This document shows positions 48,489 to 55,832 of a stretch of DNA of 64,000 nt, one piece after another; position 1 is the stretch's first letter; each line of letters opens with the position of its first letter. The stretch comes from Gammaproteobacteria bacterium (GTDB taxonomy: Bacteria; Pseudomonadota; Gammaproteobacteria; Steroidobacterales; Rariloculaceae). Location: contig DASZSB010000168.1 in the NCBI GenBank assembly GCA_035548835.1, forward strand, positions 21,192 through 85,191, in the 5' to 3' direction. The translations under genes were made by a program, and so were the position numbers. The notes beneath the pieces are model-generated. The model was not told the DNA's origin. It worked only from the letters and a program-made list of their open reading frames with translations, and ran no database searches.

Positions 48489-49139
48489 ATGAATCGTATC
48501 CAGGCATTCGGCGTTTTGAGCATCCTCGCGCTCGGCGCCGGCGCGGCGCTCGCGCAGGCGCCCGCGGGCAATTTCAGCTTCTTCGTCTCGAGCAAGAATC
48601 CCGGCAAAGGTGGCGATCTCGGCGGTCTCGCGGGCGCCGACGCGCATTGCCAGTCGCTCGCGGCCGCCGTGGGCGCGGGCAGCAAGACGTGGCACGCGTA
48701 CCTGAGCACCGACAGGGTCAACGCCAAGGACCGCATCGGCAAGGGCCCCTGGTACAACGTGAAGGGCGTGGAGATCGCGAAGGACGTGAAGGACCTGCTC
48801 GGTGCGACGAACAACAAGATCAACGGCGAGACCGCGTTGACGGAGCAGGGCAAATTACCCAATTACCTCGCCGGCAATCCGCCCGCACCGAAGGCGCAGC
48901 CGCTGCAGCACGACATCATGACCGGCACCAACGACGACGGCACGGCCACGGCGAATACGTGCAGGAACTGGACGAGCGGCGCCGACGACGTGAAGACCAC
49001 GCTCGGCCATGCCGATCGGCTCGGCCGCAACCCCGGCGTGAACTCGTGGACCAACGCCCACGACTCGCAGGGCTGCTCGCTCGAGAAGCTGGCGCCCACC
49101 GGCAGCGCGGGCCTGATCTACTGCTTTGCCGTCAACTGA
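48489..49139 (+). CDS. Secreted endostatin / C-type-lectin-fold-like protein (DUF1554-like)
   Basis: ATG at 48489 follows AAGGAGA. Signal peptide. 'GGDLGGLAGADAHCQSLAAAVGAGSKTWHAYLS' resembles the endostatin N-terminal block (GG.RGIRGADFQCFQQARAVGL.GTFRAFLS). C-terminal 'CRNWTSG' and 'LIYCFA'. Confidence 0.6.
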   Translation: MNRIQAFGVLSILALGAGAALAQAPAGNFSFFVSSKNPGKGGDLGGLAGADAHCQSLAAAVGAGSKTWHAYLSTDRVNAKDRIGKGPWYNVKGVEIAKDVKDLLGATNNKINGETALTEQGKLPNYLAGNPPAPKAQPLQHDIMTGTNDDGTATANTCRNWTSGADDVKTTLGHADRLGRNPGVNSWTNAHDSQGCSLEKLAPTGSAGLIYCFAVN

Positions 49140-49162
49140 ACCGCACGCATCGGTGTGCCGAG

Positions 49163-49192
49163 AGCCCCGCCGCGTGCGGGGCTTTCTTTTTC
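49163..49192 (+). terminator. Rho-independent terminator closing the plus-strand cluster
   Basis: AGCCCCGC (49163-70) / loop CGCGT / GCGGGGCT (49176-83), followed by TTCTTTTTCT. Confidence 0.75.
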
Positions 49193-49989
49193 TAGCGCTT
49201 GCGCGCGCGCGTCAGCAGATAGTCCTGCTTCAGGTGGTTGTCGGCGAAGAACTGACCGATGAGCTGCTCGAGCTCGGCGCGGAACGTGGCGAGTCGCGCG
49301 GGGTCGGAACGACCGAGTGCCTCGACGAGCTTTGCCACGGGGCCCACGTTCGTCTCGAGGAACAGCCGCTGGTGCTGAATGCTCAGGATCTGGAAGTACA
49401 TGACGTCGCGGTCGAAGAAGAGATCGGTGACGGCGTTGCCGAGCCGTTCACGCACGACGTCCGGGTCGCCCCACTGGTGCGGCGGCGACGCGCCGGGCGG
49501 CGGTGGCGGCGCATAGCGGCCGATCAACGCGAACATGCGCCCCACCAGGAGCTCCGGCGGCCACGTCGAGAAGGCGACGGTGCCGCCGGGCTTCAGCACC
49601 CGCAGCATTTCGCGCACGGCGATCTCGGGGCGCGGCGCGAACATGTGGCCGAACTGGCTCACGACGACGTCGAACTCCGCGTCGGCATACGGCAGCGCTT
49701 CCGCGTCGGCCTCGCGCCAGTCGACGTCGAGCCCCATGATCGCGGAGTTTTCGCGCGCGCGTTCCAGCAGTTTCGGAGTGAGATCGCTGCCCGTGACCCA
49801 GGCCCCCGCGCGTGCCGCGGTCAGGGCGACGACGCCGGTGCCGCAGCCTACGTCGAGCACGCGCATGCCTCGCTCTATGCCCGCGAATTCCACGAGCCTC
49901 GGAGCCACGGAGCCCGTGGCCATCTCGGTCGGGGCGAACGTTTCCCACCCGGCGCGGGCTGCTTCCTTGAACTTGGCGATGGCATCCAT
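49192..49989 (-). CDS. Class I SAM-dependent methyltransferase
   Basis: 'RVLDVGCGTGVVAL' is SAM motif I; 'FDVVVSQFG' and 'LKPGGTVAF' are motifs II/III. 265 aa. Confidence 0.85.
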   Translation of the reverse strand: MDAIAKFKEAARAGWETFAPTEMATGSVAPRLVEFAGIERGMRVLDVGCGTGVVALTAARAGAWVTGSDLTPKLLERARENSAIMGLDVDWREADAEALPYADAEFDVVVSQFGHMFAPRPEIAVREMLRVLKPGGTVAFSTWPPELLVGRMFALIGRYAPPPPPGASPPHQWGDPDVVRERLGNAVTDLFFDRDVMYFQILSIQHQRLFLETNVGPVAKLVEALGRSDPARLATFRAELEQLIGQFFADNHLKQDYLLTRARKR

Positions 49990-50023
49990 CGGCGAACCCT
50001 CTTTGGCAATGTCTCGGAACGAG

Positions 50024-50875
50024 CTACTGCATTTCGGTGATGATGCCGTCGAGCCCGAGGTTGAACATGAAGCCGCTCCAGTGGAACTCGGTCTCGAGCA
50101 CCTTCTTGATCTCGTCGCGCGACTTCTTCGCCCGGTTCATGTCGCGCACCATGTCCTGAAGGCGGATCGTCTCCTTCAGATACCCTTCCATGTTTGCCCG
50201 ATCCGTCACGCCGCTGTGGCCCGGGATCACGGTATCGAAGTCGAGGCGCAGCGCACGCTCGAGCGACCGCGACCAGTCGCGGATGCTGCCGCCGGCCGCG
50301 TAGTGGATCAGGTGCATGTACGGGCCCCAGAGCGCGAACAGGTCGCCCATGATGACGACCTTCTCGGTCGGCAGGTGGATCACGATGTCGCCGTCGGTGT
50401 GACCGCGGCCGAAGTAGTACAGGTCGATCGGCAGCTTGCCGAGATAGATCCGCAGGTAGTCCCGCATCGCGAAGTTCGGCAGGCCCGGCGCTGCGGTCTC
50501 GACCATGATGCGCCGCGCGTTCTCCGAGGCGATGACCTGCGCGCCGAGCGCCTGCAGGGCCTGGTTGCCGCCCGTGTGATCGGCGTGCAGATGAGTGTTG
50601 ATCACGTACTTCACGGGCTTGTCGGTGATCGTCTTCAGCTGCGCCATCACGCCGTCATGCTCGTTCGCGAACTTCGCGTCGATCAGCGCGACGCTGTCGT
50701 CGCCGACGAGCACCGTGATGTTGCCGGACGCTGCGCTGCGAATCACGTAGATGTTGTCGCGAACCTTCGTGGTCGCGAGCGCGGCCGGCGCGAATCCGCC
50801 CTGGGCGTGCGCGGTCGGGGCGAGGGCGAAGGACGTCAGCAGCGCCGCTGCAACGACCATGGATCGGATCATCAT
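50024..50875 (-). CDS. Secreted MBL-fold metallo-hydrolase
   Basis: Signal peptide. 'VINTHLHADHTGGN' (HxHxDH), 'GRGHTDGD', 'IMGDLF', 'IPGHS'. Confidence 0.85.
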   Translation of the reverse strand: MMIRSMVVAAALLTSFALAPTAHAQGGFAPAALATTKVRDNIYVIRSAASGNITVLVGDDSVALIDAKFANEHDGVMAQLKTITDKPVKYVINTHLHADHTGGNQALQALGAQVIASENARRIMVETAAPGLPNFAMRDYLRIYLGKLPIDLYYFGRGHTDGDIVIHLPTEKVVIMGDLFALWGPYMHLIHYAAGGSIRDWSRSLERALRLDFDTVIPGHSGVTDRANMEGYLKETIRLQDMVRDMNRAKKSRDEIKKVLETEFHWSGFMFNLGLDGIITEMQ

Positions 50876-50903
50876 GGCGAGGCTCCAGTGTGGAAGGTCG
50901 GAG

Positions 50904-51476
50904 TCATGGTGCCGGCTCGATGCGCAGCAACGCGCCGGCCGTTTCGTCGGTCAATACGTACAGGAAGCCGTCGGGGCCCTGGCGCACGTCGCGCAGACGC
51001 TGTCCGAGCTCCGTCAGCAGCTTTTCCTGGGCGCCCGGCTTGCGCGCGCCGTCGAAGTCGATCCGCACGAGCGAGCGCGTCATGGTCGCCATGAAGAGAT
51101 CGCCGCGCCACGCGGGGAACCGACGGCCTGCGTAGAACGCAATGTTGCCGGGATTGATCGACGGCACCCAGTAGAGCACCGGATCGACCATGCCCGGCAC
51201 GTTCTCCGCGCCGCGCACGACGGGATCGCCGTTGTAGTGCTGGCCGTGCGTCGCCAGGATCCAGCCGTAGTTCTTGCCGGCTTCGATCCGGTTCAGCTCG
51301 TCCCCGCCGCGCGGTCCGAATTCCGTCGACCAGATCTCGCCGGTCGCCGGGTGCACGGTGAGGCCCGTGGGATTGCGATGGCCGAGGGTGTAGATCTCCG
51401 GCCGGAAGCCGTCCTTGCCGACGAACGGGTTGTTCCTCGGAATCGAGCCGTCGTCGCGGAGGAACCGGACCGGCAC
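50904..51476 (-). pseudogene. 3' fragment of a PQQ-dependent sugar (glucose/sorbosone) dehydrogenase gene; the N-terminal half is missing
   Basis: The 190 aa 'NPFVGKDGFRPEIYTLGHRNPTGL..HP.TGEIW.TEFGPRGGDELN.I..GKNYGW' plus the terminal 'DGFLYVLTD' correspond to roughly the last half of the ~370-aa six-bladed enzymes. There is no ATG (the ORF opens with an internal GTG), and the upstream gene's stop lies 16 nt away at 51492. Confidence 0.6.
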
Positions 51477-51491
51477 GGGGCGGTGGGCTCG

Positions 51492-51935
51492 CTACTGCGA
51501 CTCGGCCGGCTCGCTGCTGTCACCGGGCGCACCGGTGCCGGCCGAGCCCATGAACAAACGCGAGCCGTCAGGCAGGATCAGGTCGCGGCCGTTCGCACGG
51601 TTCGCACCGTTCTTGGCGCGATAGCCCTCGATCGTGATCTCGGTGCCGGGCTTCACGGCATCGCGCGTGTAGCCGCGCCGGAGCAGCGTGTTCGGCGTGG
51701 CTCCCTCGATCATCCATTCCGTCGTGGTGCCGTCGGGGTTCTTCACGGCGACGTGCAGCCAGCTGTGGGGGTTGATCCATTCCATGCGCACGATCTTGCC
51801 GTGCAGCGTGACGGGCTTGCTCGCGTCGAACTCGGCGGAGAACGAGTGATGCGCCGCGGCCGGTGGCACGATCCCGCCCAGACTCGCGGCGATGGCGAGG
51901 GGTAACAGGCAACGACGCGTTCTCATGCCGGACAC
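51492..51935 (-). CDS. DUF6152-like small secreted protein (family B, stand-alone)
   Basis: Signal peptide ending PAAA, then HHSFSAEFD (His codons 51846-51851). 'VTLHGKIVRMEWINPHSWLHV', 'EWMIEGATPNTLLRRG', 'GTEITIEGYRAKNG'. The start lies 3 nt after the stop of 51939..52937. Confidence 0.8.
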   Translation of the reverse strand: MSGMRTRRCLLPLAIAASLGGIVPPAAAHHSFSAEFDASKPVTLHGKIVRMEWINPHSWLHVAVKNPDGTTTEWMIEGATPNTLLRRGYTRDAVKPGTEITIEGYRAKNGANRANGRDLILPDGSRLFMGSAGTGAPGDSSEPAESQ

Positions 51936-51938
51936 CTC

Positions 51939-52937
51939 TCAACGCTTGTGCGCAGCCGCGGCGCGTTCCTCGTCGCGCGCGTTCTGCAGGATGTTGCGCA
52001 GACCATAGTTGCCTTCGTGGCACGCATACTCGTACAGCTCGCCGTCCGCGGGCCGCATCGAGTAGGCCACGGTCCAGGGCTGCGTCCACTGCGTGTCGTC
52101 CTCGAGCGTCAGGCGGAAGTCGATCTTGTCGTCGGCCGTGCGCCGATAGCGCTCCGTGAGCTTCAGGTTCGCGCCCGCGCCGCGAAACGGCGCTTTGCCG
52201 TTGAAGTTGCGGGACTCGACGACCAGCGTGTCGCCTTCCCAGTGCCCGCGCGATTCGCCGAGATAGCTGCGCACGCCGGTGAACGGGGAGCCGTCGAGCG
52301 GCACCACGCGCGTCTCGTGAATCATCTCGTGCACGATGGCCACGTAGCCCGGCGCCTGTGTGATGCGGATGTTGTTGTTGTACAGAGTCGGCAGGATCGT
52401 GGCCGGCAGCCCGCGCGTGATGCAACGCTCGTACAGCGGCCGGTCGCGATAGGAGTCCACCCTGCCGCCGGGCGGTGCACCGGCGGCCGCCGCGCGTGCC
52501 GCCTCCTGGCGCGCCTGGGCTTCGGGCGTCAGCGGCGGAATGCGCCCGGTCTTGGGCTCGACGATCAGCGACGTGCGATGCGCGTCGTCGAGGCGCCGGC
52601 CGGGGTCGGTCAGATACTCGGCGTGCACAAAGCCGCTGGCGGGCGCGTTGGGGTCCGGCGGCTTGTCCATGCGCCGAGCCGCACGACCCTCGAGCTCCGC
52701 GACCTCCTGCTCGGTGTAGAACTCGCGATCACCGAACTCCGGCCGCCGCTCGAGCGGTGTGATGGTGCGGTAGTCCCAGACGCCCTGCAGATCCGGATCG
52801 CCCCATGACGTCCGCGCTGCGGATGCGGCCGGCGGCTGCGGTGCGGCCGCCGCCGCGGATTGGGCAGGAACGTCACGAGAGAACGACCACGTTGCCGCGA
52901 GCAGTACGGCGGCCGGTGTCAGAACTCGGGCCCGCAT
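51939..52937 (-). CDS. Secreted protein of uncharacterised family A (332 aa)
   Basis: Signal peptide. 'SWGDPDLQGVW', 'DRPLYERCITRGLPATI', 'IVHEMIHETRVVPLDGSP', 'GHWEGDTLVVESRNFN', 'LTERY', 'YEYACHEGNYGLRNIL'. Confidence 0.85.
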   Translation of the reverse strand: MRARVLTPAAVLLAATWSFSRDVPAQSAAAAAPQPPAASAARTSWGDPDLQGVWDYRTITPLERRPEFGDREFYTEQEVAELEGRAARRMDKPPDPNAPASGFVHAEYLTDPGRRLDDAHRTSLIVEPKTGRIPPLTPEAQARQEAARAAAAGAPPGGRVDSYRDRPLYERCITRGLPATILPTLYNNNIRITQAPGYVAIVHEMIHETRVVPLDGSPFTGVRSYLGESRGHWEGDTLVVESRNFNGKAPFRGAGANLKLTERYRRTADDKIDFRLTLEDDTQWTQPWTVAYSMRPADGELYEYACHEGNYGLRNILQNARDEERAAAAHKR

Positions 52938-53089
52938 CCCGGAATCCCCCTGTGAGACGGCTGCTTCGATCCTAGCACGCTGCGGCGGTGCGAGAACCGT
53001 CCGGTTCGGTCCGGCCTTTCCGCCGCGAGGCGCGGCGGCAGCGCGTATACTGCGCGCCGAGCCGCGGACGGCTCGGAACGGAGACCAGA

Positions 53090-54208
53090 ATGAAACGTTG
53101 GGCCATCGCCCTGGCGGCGTTGACGGTGACGAGCGCTGCGCTCGCGCACCACGGTTTCGGCAACATCGATGCCACGAAAAACGTGACGCTCGAGGGTACG
53201 CTGACCGGCATCGACTTCGTGAATCCGCACGCCTACCTGTATTTCGACTCGGTGGGTGCGGATGGGAAGACGCTCAAGATGCGCTGCGAGATGCGCGCGG
53301 CCACCGTGTTGCGCCGCTCCGGGTGGTCGCCCGAGATGTTCGTTCCCGGCAAGCACGTCACGGTGAACGGCCATCCGAATCGCGCGGATCCCGCCTCGTG
53401 CTACGTCGAGGACCTGAAGATCGGCGATGCGCCGACGCTGGTTCGTTATCAGCAGCTCACGAGCAACGCGGGTGCGGCCAACGCGAATCGTCCGTTGCGC
53501 CGCCCGAGCGGCGAGCCGAACATCTCCGGCGACTGGGCGCAGGAGCAGTATCTGCTGGCCAAGCTGCCGAAGGGCCCCGGTGCGCTCGTGCCGAAGAGCA
53601 TGCTCGCGGCCGTCGAGGCCGGCACGGTGGCCGTCGCCGACGTGCCGAGCAACGGCTGGGCCGCGCGACCCGTGACATACACCGCCGCGGGACAGGCCGC
53701 TTCCGACGCGCTTAAGAAGGCGCGCCCGGACGACAATCCGCGGGCGCGGTGCGAGATCACGAGCGTGCTGTTCGACTGGGTCTTCGACGGCCCGATCAAT
53801 CGCATCACGCAGGACGCGGACACCATCACGATCGAGTACGGCCGCGGGCTGAAGCGCACGGTCTATATGAAGCAGGCGTCGCACCCGGCGGGCATCAAGC
53901 CGACGCGCGGCGGCCATTCGATCGGCAAGTGGGAGGGCGACACGCTCGTGGTCGACACGGTGGGCTTCGCGCCGGGCAGCCTGGCCGGGACCGTGCCGAA
54001 CAGCGACAAGCTGCACATCGTGGAGCGGTTCACGCTCGATACGAAGACGTTGGCGCTGCACCGTGACTATGTGGCCGAGGATCCGGTGTACTTCGCGAGC
54101 AAGTACACCGGCAGCGATACCGTGCTGCCCGCCGACGCCCCGTTTGCGGCGGACGAGTGCAAGGAGCTGACGTACCGCAACTACTCGCAGGAGACCCAGA
54201 AGAAGTAG
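53090..54208 (+). CDS. Secreted fusion protein: family B (DUF6152-like) N-terminal domain + family A C-terminal domain (copy 2)
   Basis: ATG at 53090 follows GGAG. Signal peptide ending ALA, then HHGFG (His codons 53147-53152). '[30 protein letters not shown]', 'NPRARCEITS...NRITQD...[19 protein letters not shown]...LHIVERF'. Confidence 0.8.
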   Translation: MKRWAIALAALTVTSAALAHHGFGNIDATKNVTLEGTLTGIDFVNPHAYLYFDSVGADGKTLKMRCEMRAATVLRRSGWSPEMFVPGKHVTVNGHPNRADPASCYVEDLKIGDAPTLVRYQQLTSNAGAANANRPLRRPSGEPNISGDWAQEQYLLAKLPKGPGALVPKSMLAAVEAGTVAVADVPSNGWAARPVTYTAAGQAASDALKKARPDDNPRARCEITSVLFDWVFDGPINRITQDADTITIEYGRGLKRTVYMKQASHPAGIKPTRGGHSIGKWEGDTLVVDTVGFAPGSLAGTVPNSDKLHIVERFTLDTKTLALHRDYVAEDPVYFASKYTGSDTVLPADAPFAADECKELTYRNYSQETQKK

Positions 54209-54215
54209 ACGGCGA

Positions 54216-54803
54216 TCAGCGCTGGATCTCCCAGCCGCCGACCTGCGTGCGGCAGGCCAACCCGGCGCGCGAGGAGCGCTGGCGGCCGCTGATCGTGGTC
54301 ATCGTGAACTCACGGCACACCGTGCCGTGGCGTTCACGGTTGGCTCCCGGCAGCAGCTCGTAGCGCACGGTGTCGTGGGTCCACACGACCACGCGGCCCG
54401 GCCGGCCGAGCTCCAGCGCATGGCCGAAGCAGCCGCGATCGGCTTCGTCGAGCTCGCGCCCGATGCGGTTGCCGATCAGCGCGCCGGCGACGGCGCCAAT
54501 GATCGTGGCGATCGCGCGATTCTCGGGGTCGCCAACGCGGGCGCCGATCACACCCCCGACGACCCCGCCGAGCGCGGCGGCGACGGCCTGGCGGTCGCAC
54601 CGCCCGGAGAGGACGGCGTAGTCGTTGTCCCAGCGCCTGCCTTCGTAGCCGACGTAACCGCGCTCGCGGTGCTCGTCGCGTTCGTGGTTACGCCGCCAAC
54701 CGTGGGCGGGGGCGTGGTCCGGCGGGTCAGCCGCCACGGAGCCGGCGGCGAAGACGGCCATGAGCGACGCGACGACGAGAGGCATTCGGCCGGGTGCGGG
54801 CAT
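54216..54803 (-). CDS. Glycine-zipper / 17-kDa-surface-antigen-like outer-membrane protein
   Basis: Signal peptide. 'AAALGGVVGGVIGARVG...IATIIGAVAGALIGNRIG' is a glycine-zipper repeat, followed by a C-terminal domain with Cys pairs. Confidence 0.7.
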   Translation of the reverse strand: MPAPGRMPLVVASLMAVFAAGSVAADPPDHAPAHGWRRNHERDEHRERGYVGYEGRRWDNDYAVLSGRCDRQAVAAALGGVVGGVIGARVGDPENRAIATIIGAVAGALIGNRIGRELDEADRGCFGHALELGRPGRVVVWTHDTVRYELLPGANRERHGTVCREFTMTTISGRQRSSRAGLACRTQVGGWEIQR

Positions 54804-54921
54804 GTTCAGGCTCCTGTCGGGGGCGGCCCATTGTCCGGTTTGTCCGTTCCTGAAGAGCGACTGGCGTCACAACTCGCGCCGAATGCCATAATTCCGGCTC
54901 CCGATTCCCGGAACTGACGCC

Positions 54922-55626
54922 ATGCAGCTTTCGCGCGAGCGCATCCACGGCGCGAGCACGCACATTCACCGCCACACCCTCGAACGCCTGCGGGCGGGGT
55001 GTTCGGCTGCCGACTGCGCGGACGTGTGCGGCACGCTCGCAGCCGTGCTCGACGAGGCGTTCGCCGCGGCCGATTCCTCGGCGGCGGGCATCGCCTGCGC
55101 CGCGGGTTGCGATTTCTGCTGTCACCTGCGCGTCAGCGCGTTCGCGCACGAGGCCGCGGCCGTGCTGCATCGGCTGCGTACGGCCGTGGCGCCGGCGGTC
55201 GCGGCAGATATCGAGCGGCGCATCGTCGCGACGGCCGGCCGGCTCGAAGGCATGACCGTGACCGAGCACTATGCGGCACGGATTCCCTGCGCGTTGCTGG
55301 TGGACGGCCGCTGCAGCGTCTATGCCGTCCGGCCCTCCGCCTGCGCCGCGCATCACTCGCTGAGTCGTGCGCGCTGCGAGCAGGCGTTCGAGCGCCCCGA
55401 GCAGCATGGCACGCCGCGCAACAGCCGGCCGGCATTGCTCGAGCTGCAGACGCTGGGCGACGCGCTGATCGCGGCGACGCAGTCCGCGCTGGAGCAGGGC
55501 GGCCGCGACGCGACGCGCCGTGAGTTGCATCAGGCGCTTCGCGACCTGATCGAAGGGCGTTCCGAGGCAATCATCGGGGGAGACCCGTCATGCGACGTGC
55601 ATTCGACATCATCATGCGGATCGTGA
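54922..55626 (+). CDS. YkgJ/UPF0153-type cysteine-cluster (putative Zn/Fe-chelating) protein
   Basis: 'CAAGCDFCCHL' and 'CALLVDGRCSVYAVRPSACAAHH' match the CxxCxxCC family layout. Confidence 0.7.
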   Translation: MQLSRERIHGASTHIHRHTLERLRAGCSAADCADVCGTLAAVLDEAFAAADSSAAGIACAAGCDFCCHLRVSAFAHEAAAVLHRLRTAVAPAVAADIERRIVATAGRLEGMTVTEHYAARIPCALLVDGRCSVYAVRPSACAAHHSLSRARCEQAFERPEQHGTPRNSRPALLELQTLGDALIAATQSALEQGGRDATRRELHQALRDLIEGRSEAIIGGDPSCDVHSTSSCGS

Positions 55627-55814
55627 GCAGCCTGATCGGCCTGGCGATGCTGGCAATGGGCTCGATCTGGATCATGCAGGGGCTGAACGTGGGGCCGGCG
55701 GCCATCCTGCAGGGCTTCATGGTCAACGACATCCGCTGGACGTACTACGGCACGATCCTGGCGCTCGTCGGGATCGCGCAGGTTCTGTGGACAAACACCC
55801 GCCGCATGAGCTGA
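55590..55814 (+). CDS. Small two-helix membrane protein (74 aa)
   Basis: ATG follows GGGGGAG with a ~7-nt spacer. Two hydrophobic helices (IVSSLIGLAMLAMGSIWIM; YYGTILALVGIAQVLW). GC3-rich codons. Overlaps the previous gene's 3' end by 37 nt. Confidence 0.55.
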   Translation: MRRAFDIIMRIVSSLIGLAMLAMGSIWIMQGLNVGPAAILQGFMVNDIRWTYYGTILALVGIAQVLWTNTRRMS

Positions 55815-55832
55815 TCGGCGCGACTCCGGCGC

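Noticed and set aside
50024-50875. Calling the two secreted MBL-fold proteins (50024..50875, 58285..59226) class B3 beta-lactamases.
   Set aside because: The HxHxDH motif and an export signal are shared with many non-lactamase MBL hydrolases. I could not verify the remaining B3 signature residues by eye, so I give only the generic fold call.
50904-51476. Treating 50904..51476 as an intact small PQQ-dependent dehydrogenase gene.
   Set aside because: It covers only the C-terminal part of the propeller family, begins at an internal GTG with no ribosome-binding site, and is hemmed in by the upstream gene. I call it a fragment.
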